From positions 32,001 through 96,000 of IMG/VR virus record IMGVR_UViG_3300017991_000056: a stretch of DNA of 64,000 nt, one strand, 5' to 3'. The notes below the pieces were generated by a model. That model was not told the origin of the DNA, made no database searches, and was given only the letters and a program-made list of their open reading frames with translations. Positions 38,019 to 47,581 of the stretch are shown here, in pieces (within the stretch, counting starts at the first letter, position 1; every line of letters begins with the position of its first letter). Both the position numbers and the translations under genes were made by a program. This stretch comes from a virus. Its lineage: Duplodnaviria; Caudoviricetes.

Positions 38019-38053
38019 AAGGGGGCCGGGGACAACCCGGCCCCCTTTTTTTT
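38019..38053 (+). terminator. Intrinsic terminator
   Basis: gggggccggg-gacaa-cccggccccc plus T8. Confidence 0.85.
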
Positions 38054-38056
38054 GCT

Positions 38057-38085
38057 AATCGTTTTATATCCGTCCCTCTTGTGGG
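38057..38085 (+). promoter_or_regulatory. Putative phage promoter motif, copy 6
   Basis: AATCGTTTTATA-N12-GTGG directly after terminator. Confidence 0.55.
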
Positions 38086-38108
38086 GACGCGGGCATGGAG
38101 AAGGCATC

Positions 38109-38651
38109 GTGGAGAAGCCGACGTACATGGGGCTGAGGAAGGACCTGGGGTCCTGCGCGGTGGTGTTCGAGCTGCGTGGTGTCCGGTACTCGTACGAGAT
38201 GGAATGCCGGGACGCCTACGCGGCGGACTGGCTGGCCGGGAAGTCGGTGTGGAAGGCTATGAACTATGCCAAGAAGAGGGCATGGAAGATGAGGAAGCGA
38301 GATGCGGCGAGAGAGCTGCTGGCGGTGGCCAGGGAGATCGCGGGAGCCCATGACTGGTCGGTGAGTCGGCACGTGGTCGGCAGGAAGCCGTCGAGGAGGT
38401 TCGGGGTCATCTACGAGCTGTCGTGGGTGGGCGCTCCGTACTGGACATCCGAGGAGGACAGGAAGGCGCTGGCCGACGAGATGGTCGACGACTACCGGGA
38501 GCTGATGCGGGACCACGGATGGAAGGCGAAGCTCGAGCCCATCCGGAAGCTGGGATGGGATCGCTGGCAGGGCGTGATGAGCGCGGGCTACGAAGGTGAC
38601 CAGGAGGAGGCGGAGGCGCAGCTGGCGAGGCTGGGCTTCGACTTGCGGTGA
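38109..38651 (+). CDS. Two-module protein with internal helix tag (AARELLAVAREIAG)
   Basis: GGAG RBS before GTG 38109; start uncertain. Confidence 0.65.
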   Translation: MEKPTYMGLRKDLGSCAVVFELRGVRYSYEMECRDAYAADWLAGKSVWKAMNYAKKRAWKMRKRDAARELLAVAREIAGAHDWSVSRHVVGRKPSRRFGVIYELSWVGAPYWTSEEDRKALADEMVDDYRELMRDHGWKAKLEPIRKLGWDRWQGVMSAGYEGDQEEAEAQLARLGFDLR

Positions 38652-38661
38652 GGAGCGCGGA

Positions 38662-39465
38662 ATGGCGGTTTTCCCAGGCACAGGCATACCGATCGGCCAG
38701 GCGTCGACGGCGAGGCTCCGGAAGCTGATCGACAAGTACATGCTTCCGAGGATCATGAGCTTCCGGTCCATCTGCATGAACGACGTGCCGATGACCATGG
38801 ACTGCGACCAGGTGACCTGGCGGTCGGTCTTCGGCAACTGGCTGGAGGCTTTCGGGGTCAAGGCGAGGAAGAACGAGTGCCCGTGCCCGGCCGTGACCGA
38901 TGTCGACTGGGTCGAGGGGACCTTCCAGGCCGGGGCCATCGAGGTCGGGGCTGACAACAGGCCGCGGGACAACGTCGAGGCGACGTTCCAGTTCGACTAC
39001 TTCCCGGTGGACGTCCAGGAGGGCTTTCTCAACGCGGCCATCGAGGTGATAAACGGCGGGGCGGTCGGGCCCCCGACGGACTACAAGCTGGACGGGAGCG
39101 GGACGGAGCCGCCGAACGCCTGGGACGGCGTCCTGGTGGACCTGGCCTACGCCATGTGCATGGAGAAGCTGCTCCTGGACTTCGACCTCTGGAAGTACAG
39201 GCTCATCTACGCGATCGGGCCGAACGACGTGTACGAGGGCGGTGGCGGCGACATCGCGAGCCAGATCGAGACGCTGAAGCAGAACGCGGAGCAGCGTGCC
39301 GAGCGGGCCCTGGAAAACGAGAAGTTCAAGACGGGCAACTACCTCTCGCCTCCGACGGTGATCTACTACGACTCCATCCGGGGTTTCGGGGGCAGCAGGG
39401 GCATGGGCCAGGGCACCCCGGTCGGGGGCAGGCTGAACGGATGGAAGCCGAACAAGTGGATATGA
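38662..39465 (+). CDS. Putative neck/head-completion protein
   Basis: GAGGAG RBS; position; FLNAAIEVIN...DLAYAMC pattern. Confidence 0.55.
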   Translation: MAVFPGTGIPIGQASTARLRKLIDKYMLPRIMSFRSICMNDVPMTMDCDQVTWRSVFGNWLEAFGVKARKNECPCPAVTDVDWVEGTFQAGAIEVGADNRPRDNVEATFQFDYFPVDVQEGFLNAAIEVINGGAVGPPTDYKLDGSGTEPPNAWDGVLVDLAYAMCMEKLLLDFDLWKYRLIYAIGPNDVYEGGGGDIASQIETLKQNAEQRAERALENEKFKTGNYLSPPTVIYYDSIRGFGGSRGMGQGTPVGGRLNGWKPNKWI

Positions 39466-39474
39466 GGAGGAGGA

Positions 39475-40137
39475 ATGGTGGTACGTCAAGGTGAAATCTA
39501 CAAGCTTGATCTTAGGAAGGCCTTGGTCGATGCGGGAGCCTGGGCTATTCCCCAGTGGCAGAAGACTGTCAGGCTGCTGTATCGTCGGAGTGATGGGTAC
39601 GTCATGGTTGAGAAGGTCCGAGGGGATGTAGCGGACGTCTACGATGCAGTAAACCCGGCTGGCAGGATGCTGGGTTCGATTCGGGTGCCCGTGTCGGCCC
39701 TCAGGGCTGCAAGCACAAGGAGTGGGGCGGTGACGAAGGAGGAGGCAGCAAGAGAGCTTGTGGCGATGGCCAGGGAGATTGTCGGGGCGAGTCCGAAGGA
39801 GGCCCTCCTGGGGTTGTATCTGTGGGCCACCACGGGAGACCGCACTGGCAACCCCTACTCGAAGACTGAGGTGAGGGAGGCGATCAAGGCGCTGGGTGAC
39901 AGTAGCGGCTTCGACATCCCGAATAAGCGTCCTTCTGGGAAGGTGCTTGGCGCCCTCTACGACCTGGCCGTGTGGGCCACGACCGGGAACAGAGCAGGGA
40001 ACCCGCATGCCGTGAATGAGGTCAAGGCGGCCAACAGGGCTCTTGGCGGCGATGGCTTCGACCTGCCGAAGGGTCTCACGTCGTCGAAGGTGGCTGCCGG
40101 CTCCAAGATGGAGCATGGTATGCTCCGAAGGGCGTGA
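39475..40137 (+). CDS. Protein with internal helix tag (AARELVAMAREIVG) and duplicated WATTG.R.GNP module
   Basis: Strong RBS; repeats in translation. Confidence 0.7.
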   Translation: MVVRQGEIYKLDLRKALVDAGAWAIPQWQKTVRLLYRRSDGYVMVEKVRGDVADVYDAVNPAGRMLGSIRVPVSALRAASTRSGAVTKEEAARELVAMAREIVGASPKEALLGLYLWATTGDRTGNPYSKTEVREAIKALGDSSGFDIPNKRPSGKVLGALYDLAVWATTGNRAGNPHAVNEVKAANRALGGDGFDLPKGLTSSKVAAGSKMEHGMLRRA

Positions 40138-40198
40138 GGTCCTACGTTCCGAGGGGCACGAACCTGGCAGTCTAAGAGTACGAGAAAGGCATTGAGCA

Positions 40199-40573
40199 AT
40201 GGCGAACGAGCTGACGTACCAGATTCAGTCGGCCCTGAGCAACGACGGGCTGACCGACAACTTCTCGTCGGGGTCGGTGGCGGTCGACCAGACCAACCGG
40301 CGCATGGTCAAGGACGTGCAGGAGATCGCTATCGCCGCCGCCGGCGAGGCCATCGGGCTAGGCGCCCTGGTCTCGATCGGCTTCGCCGTTTTCAAGAACC
40401 TGGACGACACCAACTTCGTGGAGGTCGGGAGGTCCATCGGCGGCTCCTTCGAGGCTTTCGCCAAGCTGAAGCCCGGGGAGGTCGGCTTCCTTCGCCTGGC
40501 GGCCGGCATTGCCCCGTACGCGAGGGCCGACACGGCGGCGTGCGAGCTGATGTACACGATATACGACGACTAG
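40199..40573 (+). CDS. Small beta-rich virion protein
   Basis: ORF composition and codon bias. Confidence 0.65.
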   Translation: MANELTYQIQSALSNDGLTDNFSSGSVAVDQTNRRMVKDVQEIAIAAAGEAIGLGALVSIGFAVFKNLDDTNFVEVGRSIGGSFEAFAKLKPGEVGFLRLAAGIAPYARADTAACELMYTIYDD

Positions 40574-40586
40574 GAGAGTTCCCGCG

Positions 40587-40883
40587 ATGGACATGGCGGC
40601 GGAGATTAGGGACATCGGCAGGCTGATAGGGTCTGCCGCCCTGATAGACGCGGTCCGGCGCGAGGTGCGCCGGGCGGTGGGCTCCGCCGGCACGGTGGTG
40701 GACGGGGAGCACCACGAGGCCGGGTGCCAGTGCCAGGTGGTGGTCAGGTTGCCGTTCGGCGACGAGGCGGGCATGGTGGCCAGGAGGATACGCGGGGCGT
40801 TTCCCGACGTGGATGTCGAGGCCCTGGCTGACGGAGTGATAGGCGTCAGGGACAGCAGGAGGGGCAGGCATGATGGCTTGTGA
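40587..40883 (+). CDS. Hypothetical protein (MAAEIRDIGRLIG, tag variant)
   Basis: AGGAG RBS. Confidence 0.6.
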   Translation: MDMAAEIRDIGRLIGSAALIDAVRREVRRAVGSAGTVVDGEHHEAGCQCQVVVRLPFGDEAGMVARRIRGAFPDVDVEALADGVIGVRDSRRGRHDGL

Positions 40884-40924
40884 CCAGCCCAATGACAACG
40901 TCTGTCTCTTGAGGAGTGCTTGAG

Positions 40925-41413
40925 ATGGCATGCGATATTAGCCCGAGCACAAATGAATCGTATTACAGTGGAGCCTGGCAGAACATCAGGGACGTGCTCC
41001 GGGTCATGGACATCGGCGAGGGCAGGCTCGCCCAGGTGACCGAGGAGATGACCAACCGCTTTCAGGAGAGGGTGGACCGTGAGATCGACGACATCCTGGC
41101 CCAGACCTACCACGTCCCGCTGATCGAGATAAACCGGTGCAGGCCGGACGGGACGACGGCCAAGGTCTTCCCCGGGTCGGTCAGGCAGCACGCCATCTAC
41201 TGGACGGCGGCCCTCCTGCTGATGACCGAGTTCCAGGGGCTCAGCCAGAACATGACCGAGCAGGCCAACACCTACATTGAGACGGCCAGGCGGGAGATGT
41301 ACGCGATCAACGGCTTCACGCACCGGCTCAGGGGGCAGGAGCTCCGGAGCAACATATCCCACACGCTTCCGCCGACGCTCCAGCCGGCGAGGCTGCCGGA
41401 AGCCAACTTCTAG
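40925..41413 (+). CDS. Head-tail adaptor (Mu gp36/DUF1320-like)
   Basis: EIDDILAQTYHVPL motif; position. Confidence 0.6.
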   Translation: MACDISPSTNESYYSGAWQNIRDVLRVMDIGEGRLAQVTEEMTNRFQERVDREIDDILAQTYHVPLIEINRCRPDGTTAKVFPGSVRQHAIYWTAALLLMTEFQGLSQNMTEQANTYIETARREMYAINGFTHRLRGQELRSNISHTLPPTLQPARLPEANF

Positions 41414-41423
41414 GAGATGTGAG

Positions 41424-41654
41424 ATGAACAGGAAGATGGTCGCGAGAGAGCTGACGAGGATGGCGAGGGAGGTGGCGGCGGTTCACTCTCCGGAGGCGCA
41501 GGAGGTCATTCAGGCCCTCAGGCCTGTCAAGGGTGCCGTCGTGAAGCTCCGCAAGGCGATTAAAGACCAAGGGGATGACCGCGAGGCCGATGGCGTCTAT
41601 CTCGATCTGACGAAGATGATCGACGAGATGGTCCGGGAACTGAAAAAGCACTGA
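41424..41654 (+). CDS. Helix-tagged small protein (VARELTRMAREVAA)
   Basis: AGGAG RBS; tag motif. Confidence 0.75.
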   Translation: MNRKMVARELTRMAREVAAVHSPEAQEVIQALRPVKGAVVKLRKAIKDQGDDREADGVYLDLTKMIDEMVRELKKH

Positions 41655-41656
41655 GG

Positions 41657-42217
41657 ATGGCGGGCATGGACATCGACATGGAGCTTGAGTTCGACCGTGG
41701 CGACCTGGACAGCTACGCCATGAACCGGCTGCACTCGCAGGTGCAGGTGTTGGTGGAGACGATCCGGGGCAACGAGGGGCTGGAGACGGTCGTGGTCCGG
41801 AGCGACGACGCCGCCGCCATGCGGCTCGGGATCGGGGTGTCCGACCACGAGCAGAAGCGGGCGATCCTGGAGGGGGTGGCGGACCGGGCCCAGATGTGGG
41901 AGAGGAAGCTGAAGAGGTCGATGGCGGCGTCGGAGCTGCTCGTGCTGGCCAGGGAAGTCGTGGGAGCCCGGAGGGTTGTTACGAAGGGCCGTTGGCCGAG
42001 CACGACGTTTGTGGTCGGGCCGTTCCACTACTCTGTGGACCACGAGACGGTGACGGTGACGAAGGACACGTCGTCCGGCATCGAGAGCGTGGCCGTGTAC
42101 GACTACTCCGGGAAGGGGCGCAGGGAGCGAGGCCAGAGGAGACCGACGCCGGAGGCCGACTGGGAGCATGCCGAGGAGATGGCGTGGAGGATGGCGCAGA
42201 AGCAGGCGAGAGCCTGA
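41657..42217 (+). CDS. Two-module protein with internal helix tag (AASELLVLAREVVG)
   Basis: ORF; tag motif. Confidence 0.7.
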   Translation: MAGMDIDMELEFDRGDLDSYAMNRLHSQVQVLVETIRGNEGLETVVVRSDDAAAMRLGIGVSDHEQKRAILEGVADRAQMWERKLKRSMAASELLVLAREVVGARRVVTKGRWPSTTFVVGPFHYSVDHETVTVTKDTSSGIESVAVYDYSGKGRRERGQRRPTPEADWEHAEEMAWRMAQKQARA

Positions 42218-42304
42218 TGAGGACTGGCGATGGACGAGGATGCCGGGCTGGGCTAGGGAGACGATCCGATCTACACGAATCCTTCAAATATAATAAAAAC
42301 GCTG

Positions 42305-42835
42305 GTGGCGCTGCTGGAGCGGAACGCGGTCCAGATAAACCGGTGCGTCCAGGCCTACCAGCCGTCGAACAGCCTGTGCGTCTTCGAGGGCATGAGGAAC
42401 GTGCTCCCGGTGGACGCCTATCCGTCCTTCGAGATCGAGCCGACTAACACGAACGACGAGTGGGCGACGACGAGGGCGCAGCGGCCCAGGTACAACTTCA
42501 CCTGCACGCTGACGGTGAATAACTCGAACGAGAAGTTGGGGGTCGAGTACGTGGCGACGCTGGCGACCCTGCTGGGGGCGATCATGACGAGTCCGGAGAA
42601 CCTTCAGCTCAGGGTGCTGAACGAGACGAAGTGGAGCCTGGCGGGCGGCTTGACGGACACCTACATTCTGGACAGCCTCGTCGAGGACATCTCGTACGGC
42701 GTCTTCCACGAGGGGACCATCCGCGTGGCGGAGTTCTCGTGGTTCGCGACGATCAACGAGACCTATCCGGACAGCAAGTTCCGGGTGGGCGACCACTCGG
42801 TTCCGACGATTCTGATGCCGATGATCGCGGCATAG
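42305..42835 (+). CDS. Putative tail terminator/completion protein (start uncertain, may extend to 42269)
   Basis: YPSFEIEP motif; position between neck and tube genes. Confidence 0.55.
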   Translation: MALLERNAVQINRCVQAYQPSNSLCVFEGMRNVLPVDAYPSFEIEPTNTNDEWATTRAQRPRYNFTCTLTVNNSNEKLGVEYVATLATLLGAIMTSPENLQLRVLNETKWSLAGGLTDTYILDSLVEDISYGVFHEGTIRVAEFSWFATINETYPDSKFRVGDHSVPTILMPMIAA

Positions 42836-42839
42836 TCAT

Positions 42840-42868
42840 AATTCTTTGATACTTGAGCCATGTTTGAG
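42840..42868 (+). promoter_or_regulatory. Putative phage promoter motif, copy 7 (tail operon)
   Basis: AATTCTTTGATA. Confidence 0.55.
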
Positions 42869-42876
42869 GCGACAGC

Positions 42877-43384
42877 ATGAACGCCGAAAGCGCAGACAGG
42901 GCCGCGAAGGCCGTAGGGAAGCAGGATTTGCCGGGGCTGGCGGACGCGGTGATAGATGCCGGCGAGAAGTCGTACCAGGCGAACCTGGAGGCGATCAAGA
43001 GCCTGGTTGTTCTCGGAGACGAGGAGGGCGGAGCGAAGGCCCTCCGGGAGATGACGGATGGAATCGGCCCGTGGGCCAAGGCGTTCGAGGAGGTCGGCAA
43101 GGCGGCCGACGCTGCCGCCAAGACGATCCAGACGGCCCTTCGCGCGACTCCGGACCATGGACTCGGTCAGGAGCCTGGTGGAGGGGAACGCGATCGTCAA
43201 GAAGGCGGCGGAGGGGCTGGAGGCGGCTCGCAGGGAGCTGTTGCGACCTGGGCTGGCGGACGGGCGTCGAGAGGAGCTGCTCGAGGACATGCTGTTCTTC
43301 GCCGAGGCCGCGGGGAAGGCCGCGAAGGGCGCCGTCGGCGACGTGAGGGACCTCGGGAAGCGCGTAGAGGCTTGGATGAAGTAG
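42877..43384 (+). pseudogene. Helical protein gene split by a +1 frameshift near 43135-43141
   Basis: Coding-like translation moves from the 42877 frame to the 43058 frame at GCC CTT C. Confidence 0.5.
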
Positions 43385-43394
43385 GAAAACGACG

Positions 43395-44201
43395 ATGCCT
43401 CTGATAGACACGACAACGCTGCTGAAGATCGCCGACCGGGCGGCCGCGCAGTACAGGTACATCAATGACGCCTTCGCCCAGCTGAGCCAGGAGGGCGGGA
43501 GCTACTACTTCGACCTGGTCTCCCTGACGAACGATCCGGATGTGGAGATACCGTGCGACAGAAACTACCAGCTCGTCGATGACACGCTGGTCGACGAGGG
43601 AGCTCCCTTCGCCGCCCACCACGGGACGAGGATGGCGAACATCATCGGGTCCATGGAGGCCCATTTCAACAGGACGGACAACACCGGGACCGTGCTCCAG
43701 GCGGGTGGATGGGACGGCTACCTGACCGACCATGACGAGAGGGTGAGCTGGTGGTTCGCCGCCCTCTTCTACGCCGTCAAGTCGTACCGGATGCTGGCGA
43801 ACGACGTCTTCAGCGAGACCGACGACGTCTTCGCCACCCTGGAGATGCTGGCGGGTCCGACCCTGGACTTCACCGACGGGGTGAACTACGGGAACGGGAG
43901 CCAGCTCAATCCGGCGGACGGGAGCGACTACGCGGCGACGCAGCTCAAGGTCGTGGTTGACACCTTCGGGGCCTCCGACCTGGACATAAGGCTGGGCGTG
44001 AAGGACGTGGACGACCTTCCGACCACGATAGACGTGACGGTGCCGGGCGGCTCCGCGCCGGGAGCCGAAATCCCGGTCGGCGCGACGTCCAACAGGTTCC
44101 TGGACGTGATCGGGGCCTCCCTGATCCCGTTTGGGAGCTTCGGCACGCTCGGTGACAAGGTGACGGTCAACAACCTCAAGGAAAGACAGGTCTCCCTGTA
44201 G
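43395..44201 (+). CDS. Putative tail structural protein
   Basis: Acidic, strong codon bias, in tail operon. Confidence 0.7.
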   Translation: MPLIDTTTLLKIADRAAAQYRYINDAFAQLSQEGGSYYFDLVSLTNDPDVEIPCDRNYQLVDDTLVDEGAPFAAHHGTRMANIIGSMEAHFNRTDNTGTVLQAGGWDGYLTDHDERVSWWFAALFYAVKSYRMLANDVFSETDDVFATLEMLAGPTLDFTDGVNYGNGSQLNPADGSDYAATQLKVVVDTFGASDLDIRLGVKDVDDLPTTIDVTVPGGSAPGAEIPVGATSNRFLDVIGASLIPFGSFGTLGDKVTVNNLKERQVSL

Positions 44202-44225
44202 GGGGCTGAAAAGGAGGATAGTGTC

Positions 44226-44489
44226 ATGGGTATGGGTCGCAAGCGCATAGCATGAGAGCTTCTCCGTGTGGTCCGCGAACTCGTAGGCAAGGACCTTGAG
44301 GTCAACAAGCTGAACAAGATAGAGACGCAGGTTCGCGTCGATGGAAAGCTCAAATACACGATCACGAAGGCCACCTACAGTCGTCCTGTGTATTACGATG
44401 TGACAGGGCTCGGCCCACGGGGAACGGTTCGGCAGTACAGTACCTACAAGGGTGCATTGAAAGCGATAGAGAAGGCTGAAGGGGTCTAG
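44226..44489 (+). pseudogene. Helix-tagged small gene with in-frame TGA at 44253 (MGMGRKRIA*ELLRVVRELVG...)
   Basis: RBS and ATG in frame with ORF 44268..44489; stop falls on the tag's Arg/Ser position. Confidence 0.65.
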
Positions 44490-44492
44490 CGA

Positions 44493-45260
44493 GTGTTGAC
44501 CATCGGACAATTTGCTGAGCGCTCGGGTGTGCCGTATCACACCTTGAGGCGCCTTCAGGCAAGCGGCAAGCTGATGCCGTTGGTCGTTACTGATGGTGGT
44601 CATCGTCGCTATGAAGAGTGGCAGCTCGACGAGGCTGACAAGTACGTTCGACGCATGAAGTTGTTGCCGGGCGAGAGTGCGATCGGAAGTGAGCATCTGG
44701 AGCCCTTCTTCGCCTACTTGCTCGGCTTGGTTCTGGCTGACGGTACGATGTCCGACAGCGGTCAGGTTCAGATCGAGATGAAAGATGGAGCCTTCCTGCG
44801 AGAGGTCGGCAGGCATTTGAGTGCGGACGTCCATCCACGCAAGGGGCGTCCGATGTGGCAGATGACGGTGCCAGTGGCAGTCGCAAATAGGCTTTCTGAA
44901 TATAGAGTCTGCCCTCGGAAGGGAAAGACCGGCTTCGACATCCCATCGATGTCGAGAGTGTCATTCGGTCACTTCATTCGGGGGTTGTTTGACGGAGACG
45001 GAAGCGTCCATGTTGTATCGGAGTCGCGAGTGCGGCTCAGGTTTCATGGGCATTCGAGGCCGATGGGATGCTTGCAGAACACTTTCATGACAGAGTTCGG
45101 CTGGTATTTTCCATGGGTGAGAGATAAGAGAACTGCCGCAAGTGGGCAACTTGAGACGGGGAGGCATTCTGTCGTCTCCGGGCTTGGTGACCTCATGTAC
45201 TCCGCTGGCGGTGTGTGTCTGGCTCGAAAGAAGGACAAACTCATCCGAGAAGGAGGATAG
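44493..45260 (+). CDS. Free-standing LAGLIDADG homing endonuclease with N-terminal MerR-type HTH
   Basis: LTIGQFAERSGV...GGHRRY; YLLGLVLADG and FIRGLFDGDG. Confidence 0.9.
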   Translation: MLTIGQFAERSGVPYHTLRRLQASGKLMPLVVTDGGHRRYEEWQLDEADKYVRRMKLLPGESAIGSEHLEPFFAYLLGLVLADGTMSDSGQVQIEMKDGAFLREVGRHLSADVHPRKGRPMWQMTVPVAVANRLSEYRVCPRKGKTGFDIPSMSRVSFGHFIRGLFDGDGSVHVVSESRVRLRFHGHSRPMGCLQNTFMTEFGWYFPWVRDKRTAASGQLETGRHSVVSGLGDLMYSAGGVCLARKKDKLIREGG

Positions 45261-45264
45261 TGTC

Positions 45265-46625
45265 ATGGGTATGGGTTAGATTTTGACCCATCTCACCCTG
45301 TCTAATTGACTTGGAAGCCCAGAGGTGGGCGACAAGGCGGAAGCAAGGCAGTCACTAGCCTGGGCGCCGTGAACGACTGAGCGACAGGGACCATCAGACA
45401 GCGAAACGCTACCCGGCGGTTGCTGATGGTATGCGACAGTCTGGACTCCCCTATAACCGTACTGAAGGGGGAGAGGGTTGGCCGAAGAGCCGATCCCGCC
45501 ATCGAAAGATGGTTAGTAGGCGCAAGCCGAAAGTAACAGATCGATCAGGCATTTGCTCGCTTCTACAAGACTGGGCCAGCAACCGATCCGCTGCTCGTCC
45601 TCGCGACGGGTGCCGGCGTCAACCTCGTCCTGGAGCCGATCTACTCCACCTCCGTATGGGGCGCGGGCTGGTACAACGCTGCGTCGTCCGCGCATTACGC
45701 CGACAGCGCGATCCGGTTCGAGGGCAACATCGACTTCGAGCTCCAGGGCTCGGACGACATCTGGGATCTTCTCGGGAACTGGATCGTCAACGAGAGGGCC
45801 TATCCGAAGTCCATGGACATCTCGCCGGACGGCGCGAGGGTCTACGAGTACCACACGACCGGCGTCTATGGCGCCAACTTCGACCTGAACGGCATGTGGA
45901 ACACGAGCGCGGGCTTCTCCACGAGCCAGGGGTCGTTCGTGACGGTGAGCGCGGGGGCCATCGCCCTGGACAGGGACGAGGTGGACCCGGCCGGGGGCAC
46001 GGACTTCGGGGACTACTCCTACATCGACCAGAAGGAGGGCGTCGTCGCCGACGACTGCACCGAGCTGGCGGAAACGAACCCGCTGAACCCGAGCGGCAAC
46101 AATGTCGACCCCCTCCCGTTCTGGAGGACGGACGCGCAGCTGCTCACGGGCGTTTACTCGGCGCCCTTCACGGGGGGCGCCGTCCCGCAGGCCGACACGG
46201 AGACGGTGGAGTGGAGCGTGGACGTGACCCAGAACCACGTGGTTCTCTACACCTGCAACGGCAGCCGTCTCGCGACGGCGCTCCTTCAGGGGGCCATCGA
46301 CGCGACGGGCTCCGTCACGCTCTACAACGAGGATGGCGTCTTCGACCCGATTCTCGGGCCGGCGCACACGGGAAGCCTCACGGCTCCGTACCTCTACGCC
46401 GAGAACACCTGGTTCCGGGTGAGCATCCCGCGCGGAGCGGACCCGACGGTCTACATCGAGCTGCCGGCGGTCGTGGTGGAGTCTGACGACTACAGCATTC
46501 CGGGTCAGTCGGACGTCTCCTATCGGACGTTCGGGATCAAGGGCCTCGGCGGCCGCTGCAACAGCGCGGTCACGATGCCTCCGATGATCATGTCCGACAG
46601 CGCCGGCCTGTTCGTCGCTCCGTAA
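45265..46625 (+). CDS. Tail tube-like protein 1, spliced: join(45265..45277,45544..46625), 364 aa, MGMGYQAFARFYK...
   Basis: Intron removal restores the frame; N-terminus matches paralogue MGIGYEGWAKL. Confidence 0.8.
45278..45543 (+). ncRNA. Group I self-splicing intron (266 nt, no ORF)
   Basis: P1 ATGGGTT/GACCCAT with U.G at 5' splice site; P3 CCCTGTC/GACAGGG; P7 GACTG/CAGTC; P8 ACCATCAG/CTGATGGT; terminal G. Confidence 0.9.
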
Positions 46626-46640
46626 CATGAGGGTGCCGGC

Positions 46641-47528
46641 ATGGGAATCGGCTACGAGGGCTGGGCGAAGCTGAAGGTCGACGCGGTCGAGGACCTGTTC
46701 CTCTGCACCGGGGCGGCCAACCCGAAGCGCCGCGTCCGTCTCGAGTCGTCGTCGGGTTACGGCGGCCAGATCAAGCTCCCCGTCGACGAGATCGGCATAG
46801 GGACTCCCAGGAACTACGACTGGGAGTCCTTCGACGGCTCCCTGGGCTTCGACGTCACCCAGGACCTGGTCACCAATCAGATCAAGCCGTGGATATTCGC
46901 CCGCCAGAAGGCGGCCCAGACCACGATGAGGACCAGGAAGGACAACGTCCAGCAGTTCGACAACTGCTACTGGAACAACATCAGCCTGACGGCTGGCGAC
47001 GGCTCCCTGGTGACGGGGTCCATAGGCTACGTGGCGATCCAGAGGGACTCCTACGTTCAGGGCGGCGACTACGTCGACGACAAGACGGGCGACGGGTACC
47101 TTTGCGATCCCGGCGTCCTGAACGTGCCGGAGCCGCTGGGGATAGACATGAACGAGTCCCCGATCCCGTTCTGGAACAGCTCGGTGGAGGTGGACGGCGA
47201 CGTCCTGGACTTCGTGACGTGGACGCTTGACTTCTCGCAGGAAGTGGTCAAGTTCTTCTCGTGCGAGGCGAGCTCGGTCCCGGCCGAGCCGAGGTTCATA
47301 GCGGTGGGTCCCATGACGGTGACGTTCACGGGGGACTACTTCTTTGCCGCGACGACGCCGACGCCGTGGGACATCCCGGACACCTTGGCGACCTTGACAG
47401 TGAACATAGCCGGGGAGACTATCGATTTGGCGAACCTTGAGCTTTCGACGGACGCCGACGACGTGAGGGGCCAGAACGACCCGACCGTCATTGCCGTCGA
47501 CTACGCCGCGTACGAGCTGGTGGCGTGA
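46641..47528 (+). CDS. Tail tube-like protein 2
   Basis: MGIGYEG start; DGSLGFDVT, WTLDFSQ motifs shared with tubes 1 and 3. Confidence 0.65.
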   Translation: MGIGYEGWAKLKVDAVEDLFLCTGAANPKRRVRLESSSGYGGQIKLPVDEIGIGTPRNYDWESFDGSLGFDVTQDLVTNQIKPWIFARQKAAQTTMRTRKDNVQQFDNCYWNNISLTAGDGSLVTGSIGYVAIQRDSYVQGGDYVDDKTGDGYLCDPGVLNVPEPLGIDMNESPIPFWNSSVEVDGDVLDFVTWTLDFSQEVVKFFSCEASSVPAEPRFIAVGPMTVTFTGDYFFAATTPTPWDIPDTLATLTVNIAGETIDLANLELSTDADDVRGQNDPTVIAVDYAAYELVA

Positions 47529-47581
47529 CCTCCGACGTCCGGGTGGGCGTCGGGAAATATGGATGATATGACATGGGCGAT

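Larger units (their letters stand above)
44211..45276 (+). mobile_element. ~1.04 kb insertion bounded by perfect 27-bp direct repeats (44211-44237, 45250-45276)
   Basis: aaggaggatagtgtcatgggtatgggt x2; lower GC; carries an endonuclease. Confidence 0.8.

Noticed and set aside
44253-44255. Genome-wide TGA recoding
   Set aside because: TGA ends many well-defined genes (e.g. MCP, tape measure) with normal coupling to the next gene
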